Shown piece after piece: positions 9,112-22,764 of a stretch of DNA of 64,000 nucleotides (positions are counted from its first letter, which is position 1; every line of letters begins with the position of its first letter). This DNA is from Alphaproteobacteria bacterium. Its GTDB lineage: Bacteria > Pseudomonadota > Alphaproteobacteria > SHVV01. The stretch lies in assembly GCA_965261735.1 (NCBI GenBank), contig OZ253470.1, positions 896,001-960,000 on the forward strand, read 5' to 3'. Both the position numbers and the translations under genes were made by a program. The notes below the pieces were generated by a model. That model was not told the origin of the DNA. It made no database searches and saw only the letters and a list, made by a program, of their open reading frames with translations.

Positions 9112-9471
9112 GCTCACGGCCGAGCCTGCCTCCGGTGTCGCCCGCAAACCAAGCCACCAGGCCAAAGCCGGTGCTGCGCGTGGCGCCGTTCACGGGGCGC
9201 GATGTTACCACCAACGCCTGCCCGATGCCACGCGCGCCTGCGGCCGGGGCTTCGGTCGCCGGAAACACGATTGGTCTCTGCCGCGGGGTCTCGTCTATAC
9301 TCCCCGGATGGGGTGCCACCAGCTTTTGGGCGAACGACGCCGATCGTTGCGCCCGCGACGTACCGGCCCCGACGCGGTCAGAGTGGGGCCCAACGAGGGC
9401 GACCTACATCCAGGCATTTGGAGGGGCGCGGGAACGGCTCCCCGACGCGCCGTCGTAGCGAGCCGGAGCCG

Positions 9472-11261
9472 GTGAGCTCCCTCGAACTCGGCGTCATCGG
9501 CAACAGCTCGATCGCCGCGCTCATCGACGAACTCGGTCGTGTCGTCTGGTACTGCCTACCGCGCTTCGACGGCGATCCAGTGTTCTGCGCGCTGGTTGGG
9601 GGCAACCAGGAAACCGAGGACGGTCCTCGGGGCGTGTACGAGATCGAAGTCGAAAACCTGACCCGCAGCGAGCACGAGTACGTCACCAACACCGCTATCC
9701 TGCTGACGCGCCTCTATGATTCCAACGGCGGCGCCGTCGAGATCACTGATTTTGCGCCGCGTTTTCCGCAATTCGACCGGCTGTTCCGGCCGATGATGAT
9801 GGTCCGCATCGTGCGGCCGATCGCCGGCACGCCACGGATTCGCATAAAGCTGCGACCGAGTTCCGGCTATGGGACGGGCGTGCCGGATATTACCCATGGT
9901 AGCAATCACGTACGCTACGTCGGTACCAACGTCACGCTTCGCCTAACCACCGACGCGCCGCCCGCCTACATCCTCGACGAAACGCCGTTCTTCCTCGAGG
10001 AACCGATTGCCCTCATCCTCGGCCCTGACGAGACCCTCACCACCTCGCCGACCATCGCCTCACGCGATTTCTTTCGCAAGACACGCGACTACTGGCGCGA
10101 CTGGGTGCGCCAGCTCGCGCTGCCGATGGAGTGGCAGGAGGCGGTGATCCGCGCCGCCATTACGATCAAGCTATGCAGCTTCGAAGAGACCGGCGCCATC
10201 GTCGCCGCGTTGACGACCTCGATTCCGGAATCGCCGAACAGCGGGCGCAACTGGGATTACCGCTTCTGCTGGTTGCGCGATGCCTTTTTCGTGGTTCGCG
10301 CCCTGAACCGTCTCGGTGCCGTCGTCACGCTGGAGAACTACCTGCGCTTCCTCACCAATATCGTCGCCACCGCCGACGGCGGTCTGATCCAGCCGGTCCA
10401 CGGCATCGCGTTGGAGCGGCGGCTGGGCGAGCGGCAGGTCGCGACGTTGTCCGGCTATCGCGGCATGGGCCCGGTGCGAGTGGGCAACCAGGCGTACGAG
10501 CAGCACCAGCACGACGTTTATGGCGACGTCGTGCTGGCCACGACACAGGCGTTTTTCGATGCTCGTCTCCTACGCCAGTCCGGCACCAGCGATTTCCAGC
10601 GCCTCGAGCGGGTCGGCGACCAGGCCTACCGGCTCCACGCCGAGCCGGACGCCAGCATGTGGGAGCTGCGCGGAAGCAACCGCGTCCATACCTCGTCGAG
10701 CCTCATGTGCTGGGCCGCCTGCGACCGGCTGGCGAAGATCGCCGCCCACCTCTACCTGCCCGAACGGGCGCGCCACTGGCGCCAGCGCGCCGATCGGATT
10801 CACGGCGTCATCACGGCGCGCGCCTGGAACGCCGAGCGTCGCAGCTTCGTCGACAGTTTCGAGGGTCACAACATCGACGCGAGCCTGCTACTGATGATGG
10901 AGGTCGGCTTCCTGCCGGCCGACGATCCGCGTTTCGTCGACACGCTGGCGGCCGTCGAGCGCGACCTGCGCCGCGACAATTACATCATGCGCTACACGGC
11001 CGAGGACGACTTCGGCCTGCCGTCCAACGCCTTCATCATCTGCACCTTCTGGTATGTCGAGGCGCTCGCCGCCCTCGGACGACACGACGAGGCGCGCTCG
11101 ATCTTCGAGCACATGCTCAGCCGGCGCAATAAGCTCGGCCTCCTCTCCGAAGATATCGACGTGGAAAGCGGAGAACTTTGGGGGAATTACCCCCAAACCT
11201 ATTCGCTGGTCGGACTGATCAACTCCGCCATACGGCTCACGCGGAGCTGGGAGACGGTCCT

Positions 11262-11265
<4 letters not shown>
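9472..11265 (+). CDS. Glycoside hydrolase family 15 (trehalase/glucoamylase-like)
   Basis: AALTTSIPE..RNWDYRFCWLRD; GLLSED..WGNYPQTYS. Confidence 0.92.
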
Positions 11266-12653
<1,388 letters not shown>

Positions 12654-12664
12654 CGGCGCGCGGC

Positions 12665-13657
12665 ATGGTCTCGGCCTTCGTCGCAGATGTCGGCGGAACG
12701 CACCTGCGCTACGCCCTGTGCACGCCGGGCGGCCCGCCGGGCGACCCTGTCGTGCTCGCGGGCGACGACCATCCGGGCCTCGCTCAGGCGCTACTGGCGG
12801 CGGCGGCGGCCCTCGGCGTCGAGCCGGGCGCGCTCGACGCCGGTGCGGTGGCCGTCGCCGGGCCGGTCGGCGGCGACCGCGTCACCCTGACGAACCGCGG
12901 CTGGGATTTCTCGATCGACGACCTGCGCCAGCGGCTTGGGCTCGAACGCCTCGTCGTGGTGAACGACCTCACGGCCCTCGCCGCGTCGCTGCCGCACCTT
13001 GGCGCCGACGAGGTCGAGCACTTCGGCGGCGGCGAGCCCGCGAGCGGGGGTGCCCTCGCCGTGCTCGCCGCGGGTACGGGGCTCGGCGTCTCGGGTCTGC
13101 TGGCCTCGCCCTCTGGATGGCTGCCGATCTCGGGCGAGGGTGGGCACGTCGATTTCGCGCCCGCCAACGACCGTGAGATCGAGATGCTGCGCCTTCTGCG
13201 CCGCAGCTTCGGCCATGTCTCGGTCGAACGCCTGTTGTCGGGTCCCGGCCTCGTCAACCTCTATCATGTCGCCGCCGCCATCGACGATGTAACGCCCGCG
13301 CTCGAGGACGCAGACCTCACGCCCGCGGCGGTCGCGCAGGCGGCCATCGCGGGGAGCTGCGCGGTCGCGAAAGCCGCGGCGCAGGCCTTCTCCGAGATAC
13401 TCGGCGCCGTGGCCGGCGACCTTGCGCTTACGCTCGGGGCCAGCGGCGGGGTCTACATCGGCGGCGGGGCCACCGCGGGCCTCGGCAGCGCGTTCGCCCG
13501 CGATGCGTTTCGCAGGCGCTTCGAGGATAAGGGTCGCTTCGCGCGCTATCTGGCGGCGATACCGAGCTACCTCATCGCGGCGGCGCACCCTGCGTTGCGC
13601 GGTCTTGCCGAGCTGCTCGCCGAAACTCCTGGGCCCGGCCGCCGCGCCGGCACGTAG
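12665..13657 (+). CDS. glk: Glucokinase
   Basis: ADVGGT, VVNDL, GTGLG, GEGGH, SVERLLSGPGL, FEDKGRF. Confidence 0.9.
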   Translation: MVSAFVADVGGTHLRYALCTPGGPPGDPVVLAGDDHPGLAQALLAAAAALGVEPGALDAGAVAVAGPVGGDRVTLTNRGWDFSIDDLRQRLGLERLVVVNDLTALAASLPHLGADEVEHFGGGEPASGGALAVLAAGTGLGVSGLLASPSGWLPISGEGGHVDFAPANDREIEMLRLLRRSFGHVSVERLLSGPGLVNLYHVAAAIDDVTPALEDADLTPAAVAQAAIAGSCAVAKAAAQAFSEILGAVAGDLALTLGASGGVYIGGGATAGLGSAFARDAFRRRFEDKGRFARYLAAIPSYLIAAAHPALRGLAELLAETPGPGRRAGT

Positions 13658-13684
13658 GGCCGACGCTGTGCGAGGGCGAGTTCT

Positions 13685-14415
13685 GTGACGTCCCTGGCCG
13701 AGGCGACCGACGCACGGCGCGTGTATCTGACCCGGGGTTTGACCAAGGCCTATCGCACGGGAGGGGTGGAGGTTCACGCGCTGCGCGGCGTCGACCTCGA
13801 GGTCTTCGCCGGCGAAGTGATCGCGCTGCTCGGCCCATCGGGCAGCGGCAAGTCGACGCTGCTGAACATACTCGGCGGCCTCGATAGGCCGACACAGGGC
13901 GAGGTTCGCTTCGGCGAGGTCGAGCTGACCGCCCTCGACGACCGCGGCCTCACCGCCTATCGCCGCGAGAGCGTCGGCTTCGTGTTCCAGTTCTACAACC
14001 TGATCCCGAGCCTGACGGCGCGCGAGAACGTGGCCCTCGTCACCGACATCACGCGCGATCCAATGGCCCCGGAGGAGGCTCTCGATCTCGTCGGCCTGGC
14101 CGAGCGCGCCAACCATTTCCCGGCCGAGCTGTCCGGCGGGGAACAACAGCGCGTGGCGATCGCGCGTGCGATCGCGAGGCGACCCCAGGTACTGCTGTGC
14201 GACGAACCCACCGGGGCCCTCGACAGCAAAACCGGCATCGTTGTCCTCCAGGCGATCGAGACGGCCAACCGCGAGCTCGGCACAACGTCCGTCCTGATCA
14301 CGCACAACGCGGTGATCGCGACCATCGCCGACCGGGTCGTCTCCTTCGCCGACGGACGCATCGCCTCGGTGCGCCACAACCCCGAAAAAGTCCGGCGCGC
14401 GACATTAGCTGGTAG
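13685..14415 (+). CDS. ABC exporter ATP-binding protein (MacB/LolD-type); C-terminal frameshift at the A5 run 14385-14389
   Basis: [23 protein letters not shown]; likely native end ...ARDISW* is in another frame. Confidence 0.85.
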
Positions 14416-14429
14416 CGCGCGCAACGGTT

Positions 14430-16780
14430 GTGTCTGCACTCAACCTCAAGCTCGCGCGCGACCTGTGGCATATCCGCGGTCAGGCGCTCGCCATTGCCGT
14501 CGTCATTGGCTGCGGAGTCGCCGTGTTCGTGATGGCGCTAAGTACGATCCGCTCGCTCGATGAAACGCGAACCGCTTACTACGAGCGCTACCGTTTCGCC
14601 GAGGTGTTCGCGAGCGTCAAGCGCGCGCCGGAGTGGCTGACCGGGCGCATCGGCGACATTCCGGGCGTCAAGTCGGTGGCGGCGCGAATCGTCGTCGACG
14701 TGAGCCTAGACCTCCCGGCCGTCGCCGAGCCGATCACCGGCCGCCTGATCTCGCTCCCCGAGCGTGCCGGCCCGACACATAACGACTTCACCCTGCGCAG
14801 CGGGCGCATGCTGGCGCCCGGCCGCGCCGATGAAGCCGTCGTCAGCCGTGCCTTCGCAGAGGCCCATCGGCTTGCGCCGGGGAACCAGATTTCGGCGATC
14901 CTCAATGGCCACAAGCGCCGCCTCACGATCGTCGGCATCGCGCTGTCGCCCGAGTACGTCTACGCCATCGCGCCGGGTGCCATCATACCTGACAACAGCC
15001 GTTTCGGCGTGCTGTGGATGGGCCGCAAGGCGCTCGCCGCGGCGTACGACCTCGACGGCGCGTTCAACGACGTCAGCCTGACGCTCCTGCGCGGCGCGCT
15101 CGAGGACGATGTCATCCGCCGCCTCGACGACATCCTCGATCCTTACGGCGGGGTCGGCGCGTACGGCCGTGGCGACCAGGTATCGAACTGGTATCTGTCG
15201 AGCGAAATCGAGCAGCTCGGGCACCTGGCGCGCCATCTGCCGCCGATCTTTCTCGCGGTGGCCGTGTTCCTGCTGCACATGGTGGTCTCGCGCCTCATCG
15301 CCACCGAGCGCGAGCAGATCGGCGTCCTCAAGGCCTTTGGCTACACCGACAGCGAGGTCGGGTGGCACTACCTGAAGCTCGTCATGGCCATCGTCGGTGC
15401 CGGCGTTGTGTTCGGCTCAGCCACGGGTGCTGGGCTCGGGCGGGGACTGACCGAGCTCTACGCCGAGTTCTTCCAGTTTCCCCTACTCTACTATCGCCCG
15501 GGCACCGGCGTTTTCGCCGTCGCCGCCCTCGTAAGCTTCGCCGCGGGTGGCCTGGGAGCCCTGGGCGCCGTGCGCCGCGCCGTCACGAGGCGATGGCACC
15601 GCCGGCGCCGACCATGTACCGCCGCAGCTGGTGGGATCGGGGTGGCGCCATCGGCGCGTTCGCCGAGCCTACTCGAATGATTGTGCGCCATATCGCCCGC
15701 TGGCCCGTGCGCGCCGCACTGACAACCCTGGGCATCGCCATGGCGGTATCGATTCTGGTGACGACGATGCAGTGGATCGATGCCATCGACCACATACTCG
15801 AGGTCTATTACTTCCAGGCACAACGCCAGGACGTCAGCATCACGTTCGTCGAGCCACAGGCTTCGAGGACCTTGATCGAGAGCGCCCGACTGCCCGGCGT
15901 CGTGACCGCCGAGCCGTTTCGCCGGGTTCCGGCCCGTCTGCGCCTCGGTCCGCGTCATCGCCGCGAAGCCATCGCCGGCATCAGCGCTGGCGCCCAACTG
16001 ACCCAGGTTCTCGATGCCAAAGAGCGAGCTCTTCGGATGCCGCCCGACGGCCTGGTGCTGTCGACCATGCTCGCCAAGCTCCTCGGGGCGGAGCCGGGCG
16101 ACGTGCTCACGGTGGAGGTCATGGAGGGCCCCCGCCCGGTACGGCGGATTCGCGTCGCCGCGCTCATGGAGACATCGATCGGCACGCCGGCCTACATGGA
16201 TCTCGGCGCGCTCAACCGTATGATGGGGGAGGGACCGACGCTGTCAGGTATCCATCTGCTGGTCGATTCGCAGCGCCAGGACGAAATCTTTCGCTACCTC
16301 AAAACCACTCCTGCCGTAGCCGGCGTGATGGCGCGGGCCGGCATGATCCAGTCCTTTCGCGAGACCCTCGCCGAGACGACCTACATCATGGTGTCGTTCC
16401 TGGTCCTGTTCGGTGGCCTCGTCGCTTTTGGCGTGATCTACAACAGCGCCCGCATTTCCTTGTCCGAGCGCGGCCGGGAGCTTGCTACCTTGAGGGTCCT
16501 GGGATTCACGCGGTTCGAGGTCTCGTACATCTTGCTGGGCGAATTGGCCTTGCTCGTCGTCGTTGCGCTGCCGCTGGGCTGCCTGATCGGTTACGGCATA
16601 TCCTGGGGTCTCACCCAGGCGTTCGAGACCGAGCTCTACCGCATACCCCTCGTGATCGAGCGTTCGACCTATGGCATGGCCGCGACAGTGGGTCTGGTCG
16701 CCGCGGTGGTTAGCGGGCTGATCGTGCGCGCCCGGCTCGACCGACTCGATTTGGTGGCGGTGCTCAAGACGCGGGAGTAG
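14430..16780 (+). pseudogene. FtsX/MacB-type ABC permease, split by a frameshift near 15587
   Basis: EREQIGVLKAFG in the first half and ERGRELATLRVLG...LKTRE in the second; junction RRAVT/EAMAPPAP. Confidence 0.85.
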
Positions 16781-16787
16781 GAGGGCG

Positions 16788-17179
16788 ATGCGCAGATCGT
16801 GGCGAAGGCTGGTGCTCGCGGCCGTGGCCGTCCTCGGGGGCGTCCTCGTGTTCGCCTTTTGGCCGCAGCCGATCCCGGTCGATCTGGCGGCCGTAAGCGT
16901 CGGCAGCCTACAGGTTACCATCGACGAGGAAGGGGAAACCCGCGTCAAGGACGTCTATGTCGTGTCCTCGCCGCTTGCGGGCCGGGTCCTGCGCATCAAC
17001 CGAGACGTCGGCGATGCGGTGGTCGCCGGAGAGACGGTCCTCGCGTCCATTCTGCCCACGGACCCAACCTTTCTCGACTCGCGCAGCCACGCCGAGGCCG
17101 ACGCCGCCGTCAAGACGGCGGTGGCCGCGCGCGATCTGAGCCAGGCCGACGTGGCACGGGCAGGCGCCGAGCTCGACTT
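16788..17179 (+). pseudogene. HlyD/RND periplasmic adaptor, truncated by IS3
   Basis: TIDEEGETRVKDVYVVSSPLAGRV; ends at the IS left end. Confidence 0.85.
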
Positions 17180-17266
17180 TGTCTGACGTCAGCGCCTTTG
17201 GGACAAATTGAGGTAATTGCATAACGGAGGATTTCTGGCTCATCGTAGTGACCGAAGGGAACGAAG

Positions 17267-17641
17267 ATGAGACAGAAATCAATGAGCAAGAACGACCCGG
17301 CGGAGAGAGCTGTTCGGGATATTCGCCGCAAGACACGCAAGCAGTATTCGGCTGAGGAGAAGATCCGGATTGTGGTGTCGGGCCTGCGCGGCGAGGAGAG
17401 CATCGCCGCCTTGTGCCGCCGCGAGGGCATCGCCGAGGGTCTGTATTACAGCTGGTCGAAAGAGTTTTTGGAAGCGGGCAAGAAGCAGCTCGCCGGCGAC
17501 ACCGGGCGCCAAGCGACCTCGGGCGAGGTTAAAGTTCTGCGCCAGGAGATGCGCGACTTGAAGGAGTTGGTCGCCGAACTTTCGCTTGAGAACCGGCTTT
17601 TCAAAAAAAGCATGATCGCGGATGGGGGAGACGAGGAATGA
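17267..17641 (+). CDS. IS3 transposase OrfA
   Basis: YSAEEKIRIV..GLRGEESIAALCRREGI HTH plus leucine zipper. Confidence 0.9.
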   Translation: MRQKSMSKNDPAERAVRDIRRKTRKQYSAEEKIRIVVSGLRGEESIAALCRREGIAEGLYYSWSKEFLEAGKKQLAGDTGRQATSGEVKVLRQEMRDLKELVAELSLENRLFKKSMIADGGDEE

Positions 17642-19689
17642 GGTATCCCGCATCCGAGAAGCTGGAGATCATCCGCCTGGTCGAGCAGTCCCACCTGGGC
17701 GTCGGGTCCACTTTGGACAAGCTGGGCATTCCGAAGACCACCTTTTATCGCTGGTACGATCGCTTTCTGGCCTTTGGCGACGCCGGTCTTAAGGATCGCA
17801 ACAGCAGCCCAGGCCGGGTGTGGAACCGTATCCCGGATGATGTCCGGGGGCAGATCATCGATCCTTGCCTATCCGGTTAACGCCCATGACCGCTACATGT
17901 AGGGTGCCGCCACTCTCCCGAGTAAAGCTCGGCATAGGTTGGAGCAGAGGTGTCGCCCGCGATGCCGAGCAATGAGCGGAAGGCGTTGAACGGGTAGAAC
18001 CGCCTGTTGAAGCGGAAGGTGAACTCGTTGAGGTAGGCTTGTAGGTGCTGGTGGCTAACGCCGTGGTGGATACCGATCAGCCACGTCTTCAGGTTGGCGA
18101 AAACCAGATGGATGATCGGCAGGTATTGCTCGGCAACCTCTGGATCACCACACTCGGCAACAGCGAAGTGCTCATAGCCGCGCTTACCGAGGCCAGCATA
18201 GCCGCTCCAATCGTCAGTAACGATCAGCGATCGCGGCGCGACGGTGCTCTCGACGAACCCACAGAGCGACTCGGCGCTACGGTCGAGCACGACGGCGAGC
18301 CGAACGCGTCCGGCATGATGACGCACCTCGATGGCACAGGAGACGGGAACCTTGTGGTGAACACCACGGCCTTCCCCACGCGTTCGCCCGCCAACCCAGG
18401 TTTCGTCCACCTCAACATGGTTCTTGGGCTGTCCACCGATCCTGTCTTGGTTGGGCCGCACCATGCCCGAGCGGAGCTTGTGGAGAATTTGAAAGGCCGT
18501 CTCGTAGCGCGAAAGACCAAGTTACCGCTGAAACTGCACGGCGGACATGCCGGGCGTCTGACTGGCGACCAGATAAGCGGCCCAGAACCAGACGTTCAGC
18601 GGAGTGTGGCTACGCTCCATCACTGTTCCCACCGTCAGCCCGGTGTTCTGGCGGCACTTGCGGCAGCGCAGGACGCCAGGGCGGTTTTCAAAGTGGAACG
18701 GCTCTCCCGCCGTGCCGCAGTGCGGGCAGGCAAAGCCGTCTCCCCAGCGGGCTTTCTCCAGGTAGGCGGCGCAGGCCGCATCATCGGGGAAAAGTCGCTG
18801 GAACTCGGGTAGCGAATGCGGGAATGGGAGATCGGCGCGGTCGAGAACATCCATGGCGCGCTCCCCTATATCCGGGTTGCGCCCATTCTAGCCCTAGTGG
18901 GTGTGGGTGTAAACCGGATAGGCAAGCATCGATCTTGCCCTGGAGGAGACGCAACTGTCGCCCCGGGAACTGGCCGTCAGGTTTACGGACACCAGGGGCT
19001 ATTTTGTCTCGGAAGCCTCGGTTTACCGGCTTCTCAAGGCCCACGACCTGATCACCAGCCCCGCTTTCGTGGTCATCAAGGCAGCCGATGAGTTCCGCGA
19101 CAAGACCACGGCGCCGAACCAGCTGTGGCAGACCGACTTCACCTATCTCAAGGTCATCGGCTGGGGCTGGTTTTACCTGTCGACCATCCTGGACGACTAT
19201 TCCCGCTACATCATTGCTTGGAAGCTCTGCACCAACATGACGGCGGACGATGTGACGGCAACACTGAAGTTAGCGCTAGAAGCCTCAGGCTGCAACCGCG
19301 CCAATGTCGTCCACAAGCCGAGGCTGCTCAGCGACAACGGCTCGTCCTATATCTCCGGTGATCTCGCGGAATGGCTCGAGGACCACGGTATGGATCACGT
19401 TCGGGGCGCACCGTATCACCCGCAAACCCAGGGCAAGATCGAGCGCTGGCATCAAACGCTGAAGAACTGGATCCTGCTGGAAAACTATTATCTACCAGGC
19501 GATCTCGAAAACCAGATCGGCGCTTTCGTCGATCACTACAACAACCGCCGCTACCACGAGAGCCTCGCGAATGTAACCCCCGCCGATGCCTACTTCGGGC
19601 GCGATACCGCCATCATTGAAAGGAGGAACAGGATCAAGAAACTGACTATCCAACACCGCCGCTTGAACCATCAACAACAAGCGGCTTAA
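17638..19689 (+). pseudogene. IS3 transposase OrfB (rve/DDE), split at 17863/18935
   Basis: Removing the IS1595 and one TSD restores ...GQIIDLALEETQLSPRELA...WQTDFTY..SDNGS..GKIERWH. Confidence 0.9.
17864..18926 (-). mobile_element. IS1595-family IS, copy 2 (1063 bp); transposase 18854->17877 has a nonsense codon at 18522-18524
   Basis: 15-bp perfect TIR CTTGCCTATCCGGTT; 8-bp TSD CATCGATC (17856-17863 and 18927-18934); EVDET, TDDW, YLNEFTFRFNRR. Confidence 0.93.
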
Positions 19690-19762
19690 CATCAATCCAA
19701 GATGAGCCAGATCCTCCCTTATGAAACAGACTCAACAGTCCCAAATGTTTTGACGACGGACA

Positions 19763-19934
19763 GTGCGACCGACTCGCGACGGCAGGCGTGTCGCGCCTGA
19801 TCTGCGGTTTCATTGATCGCGCAGGCCATGACGCCCTCGTCGCATCGGGTGTGGACGTGCGCGTCGGAGCCTGTCGCGGTCCCGCCCTGCAGTTGGTCGC
19901 GTGCTTTTACGAGTTGCCGAAACTGTTCAGCTGA
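19763..19934 (+). pseudogene. 3' remnant of a small gene, possibly NifB/NifX-like fold
   Basis: CDRLATAGVSRLICGFIDRAGHDALVASGVDVRVGAC...* with no start; not HlyD-like. Confidence 0.3.
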
Positions 19935-20018
19935 CCCGGACCACCGACCGATGCCCGACCCGCCGCTGCTGCGGCCATGCTATCGTCGGGCTCTCGCGGG
20001 CCAGCGGAGCGATCGGCC

Positions 20019-20651
20019 ATGACGACGCTGGAGTGGTATTTCGATTTCATCTCCGGCTTTGCCTACCAGCAGTTGGCGACCTTCGACCGGCTTCCCGACG
20101 ATATCGAGATCGTTTATAGGCCGGTGCTGTTTGCCGGCTTGCTCAAGCACTTTGGGCACAAGGGGCCGGCCGAGATCCCAGCCAAGCGGCGGCACACGTA
20201 CCGCCAATGGGTGTGGCAGGCGGCGCACGACGGCATTCCCTTTCGCATGCCGCCCGCGCACCCCTTCAACCCGCTACGCGCGCTCCGGCTGGCACTGGCG
20301 CTCGACTGCGACGCGCGCGCCATCGCCACTATCTTCGACTTCATCTGGGCGGAAGGAAACAGCGTCGAGGAGGCGGAGGGTTGGGAGCGCCTCATCGAGC
20401 GTCTAGGCGTGGCCGACGCAGCCGAGCGGATCGAGTCGCCGGCAATCAAGGAGGCGCTCCGTGCCGCCACGGCGGCAGCGGCGGCACGCGGTGTGTTCGG
20501 CGTCCCGACCTTCGCTATCGGCGACGAGCTGTTCTGGGGTCGTGACGCGACGCCAATGCTGCTCGACTACATAGCCAACCCGGAAGAGTTCCGTGGCGGC
20601 GAGCTCGCGCGCGCAGCCAACCTCCCCATCGGCACCATGCGCCGATTCTGA
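20019..20651 (+). CDS. 2-hydroxychromene-2-carboxylate isomerase / DsbA (GST-kappa) family
   Basis: EWYFDFIS, HPFNPL, GVFGVPTF, FWGRD. Confidence 0.9.
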   Translation: MTTLEWYFDFISGFAYQQLATFDRLPDDIEIVYRPVLFAGLLKHFGHKGPAEIPAKRRHTYRQWVWQAAHDGIPFRMPPAHPFNPLRALRLALALDCDARAIATIFDFIWAEGNSVEEAEGWERLIERLGVADAAERIESPAIKEALRAATAAAAARGVFGVPTFAIGDELFWGRDATPMLLDYIANPEEFRGGELARAANLPIGTMRRF

Positions 20652-20783
20652 TGCCGTGGCGCGGAGTCTGCGTCGGGCTCCCTAGAGGTGACCTAGGACC
20701 ACCGCGCGAACAGCGAAAGCCTGAGGGGCGCGGCGCTTCTGCGCTAGAGTGTGCTGCCCGGCGAGGTCAGCGAACCGGTATCA

Positions 20784-21716
20784 ATGTCGGAAAGCCCGCC
20801 ACCCGCGCCGCAAGAACGGGTCGGCTTCGTGGCCCGCCATGGCTGGGCCCCCTACCTTTTGGTCACGATGACGATGCTGTTCTTCGCCAGCAACAATGTC
20901 ATCGGCCGCGCCATCCGCGAGGATATCCCGCCCATGGGGCTCGTGTTTTGGCGCAACCTCGCCGCGCTCGCGATCCTCGCCCCGTTCATGTTGTCGCGGC
21001 CGCGCGCCGAGCTGGCATTGGCGCTGCGCCACTGGCGGCTGATGCTCTGGCTCGGGGTCGGCCAGGCCGGCAGTGTCTTCATCTATATCGGCCTGCACAC
21101 CACGACCGCTATCAACACCAGCCTCATCAGCGCCACGCTGCCGGCGTTCACGGTGATCGCCGCATGGCTGCTGGTCGCCGAGCGCATCAACGTCCGTCAG
21201 GGTGTCGGTCTGGTCATCGCCTTCACCGGCGTCGTCCCGATCATCACGCGCGGCGACCTCGGTGCGCTCCTCGCCCTCGACCTCGTTATCGGCGACCTGT
21301 GGGTCCAGATCGCCGTCCTCGGCTGGGCGATGTATGGCGCCCTCGTCCTCCGCCTGCCGACCGCGCTCAACCCCTTCGTTGCCTATTGGGCCATCGCGGT
21401 CGCCGCGCTGGTCGTGATGGCCCCGGGGTACGCCGCCGAGCTCTTGCTTACCGACGGACGCATGGTCTTCGAGGGGGTCACTGTCGTGACGATTCTGTAT
21501 ATGTCCGTCTTCGCCTCGATCCTGTCGCTCGTGTTCCTAAACGTCGCGATCGCGCATATCGGGCCGGTGCGGGCCGGCATGCTGTGCTACGCGACGCCGC
21601 TGTTCACCGCCCTGCTGGCGGTACCCTTCCTCGGCGAGTCGCTGCGGCTCTACCACCTCGTGGGAGCGACCCTGGTGCTGGGCGGCGTGTACATGACAAG
21701 TCGTGCACGCCGCTAG
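20784..21716 (+). CDS. DMT/EamA-family transporter
   Basis: About 10 hydrophobic helices; GLHTTTAIN; LGESL..YHLVG. Confidence 0.88.
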   Translation: MSESPPPAPQERVGFVARHGWAPYLLVTMTMLFFASNNVIGRAIREDIPPMGLVFWRNLAALAILAPFMLSRPRAELALALRHWRLMLWLGVGQAGSVFIYIGLHTTTAINTSLISATLPAFTVIAAWLLVAERINVRQGVGLVIAFTGVVPIITRGDLGALLALDLVIGDLWVQIAVLGWAMYGALVLRLPTALNPFVAYWAIAVAALVVMAPGYAAELLLTDGRMVFEGVTVVTILYMSVFASILSLVFLNVAIAHIGPVRAGMLCYATPLFTALLAVPFLGESLRLYHLVGATLVLGGVYMTSRARR

Positions 21717-21817
21717 CCGCCATCGGAGTCCGGCCGCCCTTGCACGAGCTACCCGTCGCGGCCTAGGCTGATGAGCCGGTAACGTGCGAGCTTGTGCGGG
21801 CGAACAAGGAGGCCAGA

Positions 21818-22725
21818 ATGCTCAAATGGATTCTGATCGTCGTCGGGTGGTCGCCATCGTCGTCGTCGGCGCGGTGTTCCTCCTCGTGTCGAACGTCGAC
21901 TCGATCGCCAAGGCGGGAGTCGAGAAGTACGCCTCCGAGGCCGTCAAGGCGAACGTCACCCTCCAGGAAGTGACGATCTCGACCACATCGGGCGAGGGAT
22001 CGCTGCGCGGGCTCAAGGTCGGAAACCCGCAGGGGTTCAATACCGAGAGCGCGATCGAGTTCGGCGAGGTGAGCGTTGCGCTGGACGTCCTGTCGCTCGC
22101 CTCGGATACGGTGGTGATCAAGAGCGTCGTGATCACGGCGCCGCAGGTCACCTATGAAATCGGCGCGGCCGGCAGCAACATCGACGCGCTGCGCAAAAAC
22201 GTTGCCGACTATACCGGTGCCTCGCCGGGAAGCGCCTCGACCGCCGCCGCAAGCGGCGGTGCCGCGGCGGGCGAGGGCGGCCGCAAGCTGGTGATCGAGA
22301 ATCTTTACGTCCGAGATGGCTCCGTCAACGTGAGCGCCACGTTCCTCAAGGGCAAGAAGCTGAGTGCACCCCTGCCTAACATCCACCTCAAGGACATCGG
22401 CAAGGACGGGGGCGGGGCGAGCCCGGCCGAGGTCGCGAAACAGCTGGTCGATGCCCTCGCCAAGGAGTCGGGCGTCGCGGTCACGGCCCTCGACCTGAAC
22501 AAACTCACTGGCGCCGTCGGCAAGGCCGCCGCGGGAGCGGTGGGGGCCGCGATCGGAGCGGCCACCGGGGCTGGCGGCGCGGCCGGCGCGGTGGGGGGCG
22601 CCGCGGGCACCGCCGCCGGCGCCGCCAAGAAGGGCGCCGAGGAGGCGGCTGGTGCGGCCGTCGACGCGGCTAAGAAGGGCGCCGAGAGCGTCACCGGAAC
22701 GCTCAAGAAGCTGCTCGGAAACTAG
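21818..22725 (+). CDS. AsmA-like/DUF748 membrane-anchored protein; apparent frameshift near 21845
   Basis: MLKWILIVVG joins VVAIVVVGAVFLL in another frame; GLKVGNPQGF; LPNIHLKDIGK; Ala/Gly-rich tail. Confidence 0.6.
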
Positions 22726-22764
22726 GGCCACCGCACCGCGGCGCCCGTCGCCGGAATCCCGCCC

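Larger units (their letters stand above)
17180..19762 (+). mobile_element. IS3-family element (TGT...ACA) interrupted by IS1595
   Basis: Imperfect TIRs TGTCTGACGTCA..TTTGGGAC and GTCCCAAA..TGACGACGGACA; orfA/orfB with A7G motif at 17603-17610; no TSD. Confidence 0.88.

Noticed and set aside
8671-9471. 267-aa N-terminal extension of GH15
   Set aside because: It overlaps the USP gene in antisense; the family-like sequence begins at GTG 9472.
22510-22700. Low-complexity GCC/GGC repeats as an array
   Set aside because: They encode the Ala/Gly-rich protein tail; there is no repeat-spacer periodicity.
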